The notes beneath the pieces were generated by a model, which ran no database searches, was not told where the DNA came from, and saw only the letters and a program-made list of their open reading frames with translations. Positions 55,487-64,000 of a stretch of 64,000 nt of DNA are shown piece by piece. Within the stretch, counting starts at the first letter, position 1. Every line of letters begins with the position of its first letter. The DNA comes from Octopus vulgaris (lineage: Eukaryota): positions 4,526,001 to 4,590,000 of the forward strand of contig OX597839.1 in the NCBI GenBank assembly GCA_951406725.2. Reading direction: 5' to 3'. Made by a program: the position numbers and the translations under genes.

Positions 55487-55905
55487 CGCTCAAAGAGTGA
55501 CCCGACACTCACTCAAGAGGGACGGGACAATCACTCAAAAGCGACCTGACACTCACTCAACTACGACCTGACATTCACTCAAGAGCGATATTCACCTGAT
55601 GTTCTCTCATGGGTAACTTGATGCATTACTCAAGTGCAACCGGACACTCACTCAAGAACGACCTGACGTTCAGTCAAGAGCTACATGACACTCACTCAAG
55701 AGCGACCTGACTCTCTCTCAGTTACGACCTGACACTCAAGATCGACCTGAAACCTTACTCAAAAGTAACCTGACACATTACTCAAGAGCGACGTGACACA
55801 CATTCAAGTGCGGCCTGACACTCACAAGAGACTTGACATTCACTCGAAGGCGACCTGATACGTTACTCAAGAGCGACCTTACACTCACTTGAGTGTGACT
55901 TGATA
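55487..55905. repeat. Degenerate ~22 bp minisatellite (CACTCACTCAAGAGCGACCTGA)n
   Basis: About 18 diverged tandem units. Confidence 0.85.
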
Positions 55906-57018
55906 TTAGCAATCACTACCATGGATACAGGCGCCATACGCCAACACCTCTAGCACCAACACCACCATCACCACCATCGTTATCACCACCACCACTACAA
56001 CAATCACCGACAATTCTACCACCTCCATCATTCATACCACCACTACAACCACTGCCAATACCAAGACCAGTACCATCTCTAATACTACCAATATAAGAAC
56101 ACTACAACCATCACCAGCACCAAGACCGGCACCACTCCAACAACCACCAACGCCATCAATACCCAGATCAACACTACTATAAGCATTAGGAACACTAAGA
56201 GCAAAACCACGACTAATAGTTATACCACTACTCCCATAATCTCCTCCAACACCGATACCAACGCCACCACCACGACTGTCACCACACCATCACCACCACT
56301 ACCACCACATCATCGCCACCAACACCAAAACCAATACAATCACAACCATCAACGCCAACAACAACAGCGGCATCACCAGAACAATCATCACCACCAACAC
56401 CACAAATAACACACACATTGGAATTCATACATACATACACACATATACACATCCATATATGCATGCATATACAGACATAGAAGCACCGTTGGTAGGAGTA
56501 TTAACCCTCTACCCACTACTCCCCCATCACAAATGATCACCAGGGTGAACAGCAATATGACAACGATTGCAAACAAAGAAAAAAAAACCCCACAGAAAAT
56601 CAGAAACCTCCATATTCGTTGATTATAGTGCTTGGTAGGTCCTTCCTATAAAATATGCATTTATATATTTTTTTCTTTTAACATTTATTTTCTCTTGTTG
56701 ACATCGTTTGGGTTTTTTCTCTTTTTTGTATGTTTTCTTAGTTATTTTCATGCATCACTGATTGTCGTGTTGACTTCACGGTCTAGTGGTTTTCATAAAA
56801 TCCCTGATTGGATTTGATCGGAGAAAACACTCGGGGACACTTGCATTCACACGTTGAGATTTCGGTGACCGCACCAGCTATTGTTTAGGACTAGAGTTAA
56901 GGTTCTTCGTTAGGGTTAAAGAGAACTGTTGTAGGGATGCCCCTCCCAAATATTTATAAATACACATATATACATATACACACATGTACATGTGTGTGTA
57001 TATACATATGTACATATA

Positions 57019-57239
<221 letters not shown>

Positions 57240-57248
57240 TATAAATAT

Positions 57249-57325
<77 letters not shown>

Positions 57326-57331
57326 AATATA

Positions 57332-57375
<44 letters not shown>

Positions 57376-57377
57376 TA

Positions 57378-57423
<46 letters not shown>

Positions 57424-57431
<8 letters not shown>

Positions 57432-57457
57432 ATTTTCATTCAATCTATCTATCTACC

Positions 57458-57498
<41 letters not shown>

Positions 57499-57597
57499 TA
57501 GTGTATTGTATATTAAATTAATATCTTATGGTGGTAGATGGTGATGGACGTAGCATTGGCTATGCATTGTAGGATGACAATAATTTGCTTTATGCAT

Positions 57598-57636
<39 letters not shown>

Positions 57637-57705
57637 TCGCTGTCTCGAACAATTCGGAAAGAAAATTCTTCATATGTTCAAGAGCATGTGCATGCGGAGA
57701 TGTGC

Positions 57706-57749
<44 letters not shown>

Positions 57750-57965
57750 TCTTTACTCTTTTACTCTTTTACTTGTTTCAGTCATTTGACTGCGGCCATG
57801 CTGGAGCACCACCTTTAGTCGAACAAATCGACCCCGGGACTTATTCTTTGTAAGCCCAGTACTTATTCTATCGGTCTCTTTTTGCCGAACCGCCAAGTGA
57901 CGGGGACGTAAACACACCAGCATCTGTTGTCAAGCAATGCTAGGGGGACAAACACAGACACACAA

Positions 57966-58027
<62 letters not shown>

Positions 58028-58186
58028 GACAGGCTTCTTTCAGTTTCCGTCTACCAAATCCACTCACAAGGCATTGGTTGGCCCGGGGCTATAGCAGAAG
58101 ACACTTGCCCAAGGTGCCACGCAGTGGGCTGAACCCGGAACCATGAGGTTGGTTAGCAAGCTACTTACCACGCAGCCACTCCTGCG

Positions 58187-58264
<78 letters not shown>

Positions 58265-58301
58265 TATAAATATATATATATATATAAATATATATATATA
58301 A

Positions 58302-58332
<31 letters not shown>

Positions 58333-58377
58333 AATATATAAATATATATATATAAATATATATATATAAATATATGA

Positions 58378-58420
<43 letters not shown>

Positions 58421-58422
58421 TA

Positions 58423-58474
<52 letters not shown>

Positions 58475-58504
58475 ATTTTCATTCAATCTATCTATCTACC
58501 TATC

Positions 58505-58560
<56 letters not shown>

Positions 58561-58679
58561 TAGTGTATTGTATATTAAATTAATATCTTATGGTGGTAGA
58601 TGGTGATGGACGTAGCATTGGCTATGCATTGTAGGATGACAATAATTTGCGTTATGCATTTATTTATTTATTTATATAT

Positions 58680-58710
<31 letters not shown>

Positions 58711-58787
58711 TATATTTATCGCTGTCTCGAACAATTCGGAAAGAAAATTCTTCATATGTTCAAGAGCATGTGCATGCGGAGATGTGC

Positions 58788-58831
<44 letters not shown>

Positions 58832-59047
58832 TCTTTACTCTTTTACTCTTTTACTTGTTTCAGTCATTTGACTGCGGCCATGCTGGAGCACCGCCTTTAG
58901 TCGAGCAAATCGACCCCGGGACTTATTCTTTGTAAGCCCAGTACTTATTCTATCGGTCTCTTTTTGCCGAACCGCCAAGTGACGGGGACGTAAACACACC
59001 AGCATCGGTTGTCAAGCAATGCTAGGGGGACAAACACAGACACACAA

Positions 59048-59107
<60 letters not shown>

Positions 59108-59267
59108 GACAGGCTTCTTTCAGTTTCCGTCTACCAAATCCACTCACAAGGCATTGGTTGGCCCGGGGCTATAGCAGAAGACACTTGCCCAAGGTGCCAC
59201 GCAGTGGGACTGAACCCGGAACCATGAGGTTGGTTAGCAAGCTACTTACCACGCAGCCACTCCTGCG

Positions 59268-59270
<3 letters not shown>
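57424..59270. repeat. Tandem duplication of ~1.05 kb (57424-58189 and 58468-59270), each copy ending in a family B SINE (57748-58189, 58830-59270, minus)
   Basis: Unique sequence and SINE are near-identical in the two copies; breakpoints lie in TA-rich tracts. Confidence 0.9.
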
Positions 59271-59315
<45 letters not shown>

Positions 59316-59462
59316 CTCGAACTCTCTCATGCACCAAATGGCAATTGCTAAAAAAGCATTCGTGAAGTAAAATCATGTAGCAGCACCAAATGGCGGTGCC
59401 CCAGCATGGCCACAGCTCGTGAGCTGAAACTAGATAAAATAAAATAAAAATAAAATAAAAAA

Positions 59463-59499
<37 letters not shown>

Positions 59500-59573
59500 G
59501 GGAGTAAATCCAAATTTACAGGGAAAAATTAGATTTAAGATTAAATCCAATTTTATAGTATAAATATATATAT

Positions 59574-59720
59574 TATATTAAATTAGAGATAAAACCTCTA
59601 TTAGGCAAATCAAACAGTGAAAATCATAAACCAATACATAGAAATAAAATTTTATTTCTACTTATTGGTTTATGGTTTTCACTGTTTGATTTGCCTAATA
59701 GAGGTTTTATCTCTAATTTA

Positions 59721-59726
<6 letters not shown>
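59574..59726. repeat. Near-perfect ~150 bp palindrome
   Basis: Symmetric about TAGAAATAAAA|TTTTATTTCTA (59649/59650). Confidence 0.9.
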
Positions 59727-59751
<25 letters not shown>

Positions 59752-60019
59752 TATTTATGTGTGTGTGTGTATACATGGATGGATTTATGTACAAATATAT
59801 GACTAAGTAACAATATATGCATGTATCTATGGATATGTGTGTTGATATACATTTTCCGCGATATATATATATATATATACACACATACATACGTTTACAA
59901 ATAGTGTACTGTTCCGTGATGGTATGATCAATAAAAAAAGTACTCCATCTTATGAGAGATAAATATTATTTAATAAAACACTATATATGTTTTTATGTGC
60001 CACTATTAGTTTCCTGTGA

Positions 60020-60650
60020 TCAGAGCATGCCAGATCTCAACAGATCTCGTGACTTGACAATCTTCAGGCAATGCCCACATGGCATAACAATGGGACGATA
60101 GGATGAGAGAAAATACTATTAAAGACGAGAAAGAAGCAGATATGAAAGGTAGAAGGTTGAAAAATCAGAAAACGAAAGAGAAAACAGAAAGAAGCAATGG
60201 TTAAGGGGAGCATTAGAATTATTTGCCCTTTGACAAGGCTCAAAAGATAGTGGCTTAGCATATGTGGTACAGCAGTTGAATTCGGAGAATTTGGCACTTA
60301 TCCATATGCTTGCAATCGCTGAAAATTTCGAATCTAGAATTCAGCAGTTTGTTACAGTTCTTAGATCTGGAAAGGATATGAGTTTTTTCAGCTACGCATA
60401 GCTTATATTTTTTTGGTCCGTTAACATATGTTGAGGATCTTTCGACTATTTTCTACTTTATCCTAGGTGGTGTGGTTTTCGACTTGAAACACCATACGTG
60501 GCTAACCAACTTAGCAGCTATTCTTTTGTCCAAGACTCGGAAGGAAAATATGTGATTAGCACTGCGATTTTTGAATTGACCTTCACATAGTGAATATAGC
60601 TCTTCTTATCGGTTGTGTTATGATCTTTGGCGTTATACAGCGTTCTTTTT
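60020..60650 (-). pseudogene. Penelope-like element 3' end: GIY-YIG remnant (60285-60650) followed by a 3' region with a decayed hammerhead (~60026-60075)
   Basis: Minus-strand translation gives LYNAK..KKSYI/LCEGQFKNRSANHIFSF..KLVSHVWCFK..IK*KIVERSSTY..KLCVAEKTHIL..LLNSRFEIFSDCKH. Downstream lies CTGAAGA..GAGATCT..AGATC. Confidence 0.8.
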
Positions 60651-60655
60651 TCAGT

Positions 60656-60726
<71 letters not shown>

Positions 60727-60832
60727 CACTTTATATATATATATATATATATATGTGTATGTGTGTGTGTGTGTGTGTATGTATATACACACATACATTC
60801 GTACATATATATATATTTATTTATATCTTTCT

Positions 60833-60887
<55 letters not shown>

Positions 60888-60983
60888 TAAAAACGGTAAG
60901 ATAACAAAAGAAAGAAAGAGACCTCAATATTATGTACATAGAGGAAATTTATCTGTAAAATAATATGTGACAATTATTCAAAA

Positions 60984-61053
60984 GCCAAGATAAAACTCTG
61001 AGTTTCGGATGCCGAGGTGGAGATCCACAACACCATCTCTTCGGTTATCTGGC
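60984..61053 (-). ncRNA. Type I hammerhead motif with U4->C core (family G)
   Basis: Minus strand reads GCCAGATAA-CCGAAGA-GATG..CATC-C-GAAA-CTCAGAG-TT-TTATCTTGGC. Confidence 0.6.
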
Positions 61054-61224
61054 CATATAAAAAATGCTATGAAAAAAGACCGTTATACAAAGGGAAATTA
61101 CTGTGTTATAATTCCGCTACTTATATAAAAGCGCTAATCCAGTGACCGCTAATTAAAATAAGGTTAAAAGTTCATAGTAAACACGAAAGCATGCCTACTC
61201 ATACGCACACACACACATATATGT

Positions 61225-61281
<57 letters not shown>

Positions 61282-62106
61282 GAGAGAGAGATGGAGAGAG
61301 AGAGAGATTAATAAATAGATAGATGCATACATACGTACATATATATATATATACATGGAGAAAGATAGATAAATATCGACAAAGAGATAAATAGATAAAT
61401 ACATATATTCATACATGCAGATAAATATACGATATAAATATTCATTTATACTCTAGGCACAAGGCTCGAAATTTTTGTGGAGGGGCCCACTCGATTTGAT
61501 CGACGCCAGTACACAACTGGCACTTAATTTATCAACCCCTGAAGGATGAAAAACAAAGTCGGCCTCGGCGGAATTTGTACTCAGAATGTAAAGACAGACG
61601 AACCGACACCACCAACACCACCACCACCACCACAAACACTTCGCCACCTTCGCCACCGCCTTCAGCATCACCACAGCCACTGCCACCACCACTACCATCA
61701 CCAGGCCCCCCCCTAATAACAACAGCAACTACGACACCAGAAGTAGCAACTCAGCCAGATACAACGAAGGTATTAGTAGTAGATATTGTAATGAATTTCG
61801 GAAGCGGGGACAGTTTAGGGGTCAGGTCGTTGGACCCTCAGCACTGACTTCAACCTTATAAAAGTGGAGTAATGTTCTGGATTGATAATAACGGAGATTT
61901 GTTGTTATGTCAGATTCACAGAAAATAAAACAATGATACAACAGTAATAACATATTTTAAGCTTATTATCTCCCCTTCCAAAACCTTTCACTCTATTTCT
62001 AGCTCTTTTTCTCACATACATACGTACATACATACATACATACATACATACATACATACATACATACATACACGCGCTGGCTCACACAAATGTATACACT
62101 CATGCG

Positions 62107-62149
<43 letters not shown>

Positions 62150-62218
62150 ATGTATATATGTATATATCTCTCTCTGTGTCTGTCTCTGTCTTTAAATATA
62201 TATACATACATACATACA

Positions 62219-62256
<38 letters not shown>

Positions 62257-62299
62257 GATCATAGATATACATACTTATATACTGACACATACATATATG

Positions 62300-62363
<64 letters not shown>

Positions 62364-63044
62364 TATGCACATAGATATACATACTTATATACTGATACAT
62401 ACACACATATATATATATATATATACATATGCAGTTAATATCTGTAATATTTCTTTCTCTCTCCTCCTCCTCCTCCTCCTCCTCCTCTTTACTCCCTGTT
62501 TATTATTCCACCCGTGCCGCACACCACCCATTCTACGAGACGTTAAGCTGTATCTTCTTACTCTCCGTTTCTATCACCTCACCACTATTACTCGTCGTCT
62601 ATCTAGAAATATATTTAAGATATTGGCAACGTTCATACGATACGATACGATACGATACTCACGGAGAAGTCAGCCATATTTGCTAAAGTAAGAAATCGGA
62701 TTACAGCCGTGGATCAAAAAGGAAGAAAGAAAGAAAGAAGGAAAGAATGGTAGAACGAAATAAAAGAAGAAAGAAAGGCAGGAACAAAGCAAGGAAGGAT
62801 TCATGAACGATTGGTTCCATGCAAAATATGCAGAAGCTGAATTGCAGGGACTTTTATCTGTATGTGATAATATATATACACACAAACACACACACATGAT
62901 GTGTGTGTGTGTGTGGGTGTGTATTTATACATGTATGTATGTATGTATGTATGTATGTATGTATGTATGTATGTATGTATGTATGTATGTATGTATGTGT
63001 GTTCGTAAGTATGGATAGATAGAACATACACATACATATATACA

Positions 63045-63099
<55 letters not shown>

Positions 63100-63220
63100 C
63101 TATATATATATAATTAAAATCACAATAAGGGTGAAAAAAATTGAATATTAATTAATAACATCAATTTAAAACACCAAGTGGCCTAGTGTATAAAAACTGG
63201 GATACAGTAAAAATTATTAA

Positions 63221-63379
63221 TACAAGTAATGAGAGAGAGTCCCCATGTGGTCACTCTAACGCTAGATATAGATCCACGAATGGAATCCACCACTAAAGAA
63301 TTCTTTAGTGGTGGATTCCATTCGTGGATCTATATCTAGCGTTAGAGTGACCACATGGGACTCTCTCTCATTACCTGTA
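63221..63379. repeat. Near-perfect ~160 bp palindrome centred on GAATTC (63298-63303)
   Basis: The arms are reverse complements. A single related arm occurs at ~31000-31075, after the same upstream sequence (AATAAGGGTGAAAAAA). Confidence 0.9.
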
Positions 63380-63785
63380 TATATATATATATATATATAT
63401 ATATGATATGATATCTGTATTCATGTATGCATGTATAGATATATCACTACTACAAGTATATGAAAATGCTATAGGATATGTACATGTGCATCCAAATAAG
63501 TATGTATATTTATATATTTCTCTCTCTCTTTTACTCTCTTTCTCCCTCACATTCTCGGACAAATCTATATTTATAGATGAACACACACACACACACACAC
63601 TAACAAACAAACGCACACACATATGTATCCATATATTCATATACACACATATCTATGCATAGATACTTCGTCCTCTGACGTTTGATTGTCTGACGCTTCG
63701 ACAGTTTCTATTGAATTAAAATTGTCATCAGTGAGAGAAAATGAGTTTTAAGGACAAATTATTCATGTCAATGTCACTCTAGACG

Positions 63786-63941
63786 GATTCTGTGGCTGAC
63801 ACAGTTCATTGTTGCTAAAACGTATACTGGTGTTTTCTTTACTTTGCAGATAGTTCAAGGCTTAGATTCTGTGGCTGACACAGTTCATTGTTGCTAAAAT
63901 GTATTGGTGTTTTCTTTACTTTGCAGATAGTTCAAGGCTTA
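63786..63941. repeat. Direct tandem duplication of ~78 bp
   Basis: GATTCTGTGGCTGACACAGTTC..GATAGTTCAAGGCTTA occurs twice. Confidence 0.9.
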
Positions 63942-64000
63942 GAAGTGGCGTGTAAGCCAGGTTCCAAAAATTCGTTGCTCCCTTTCTACACAGGTAGCCA

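Noticed and set aside
55487-55905. CRISPR-like array
   Set aside because: The units are adjacent and degenerate with no unique spacers, the context is eukaryotic, and there are no cas genes.
63927-64000. Possible exon after TTTCTTTACTTTGCAG (IVQGLEVACKPGSKNSLLPFYTGS) or piggyBac-like remnant
   Set aside because: It is too short, cut by the window edge, lies in a local duplication, and matches no family convincingly.

Overview
Eukaryotic, AT-rich non-coding DNA saturated with microsatellites. It is most likely a coleoid cephalopod (Octopus-like); this is inferred from the tRNA-derived SINE families and the (TA)n/(CA)n/(TATC)n/(TAA)n density and was not confirmed by a search. No host gene exon could be supported, and almost all ORFs in the supplied track are translations of simple repeats or SINEs. 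The window contains three abundant tRNA-derived SINE families (here A, B, C) and decayed coding fragments of several elements: Penelope-like elements (two GIY-YIG endonuclease fragments), an RTE-type LINE with C2H2 fingers, a Dong/R4-type LINE inserted in (TAA)n, a CR1/L2-like LINE and a mariner transposase. It also holds MITE-like elements, long palindromes, minisatellites, and about 20 intact or decayed type I hammerhead-ribozyme motifs in short repeats embedded in (TA)n. The main finding is a repeat family with three diverged copies (2063-2124 +, 34762-34824 -, 36024-36085 +) carrying all hammerhead core elements (NUH, GAAA, CUGANGA) with compensatory changes in stems I and III. The three strands are in the opposite cyclic order to types I, II and III, which implies a fully pseudoknotted, permuted hammerhead. 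Catalytic activity and novelty are untested. A second finding is that SINE family C shows an apparent GGTANTT target preference and inserts into its own copies.
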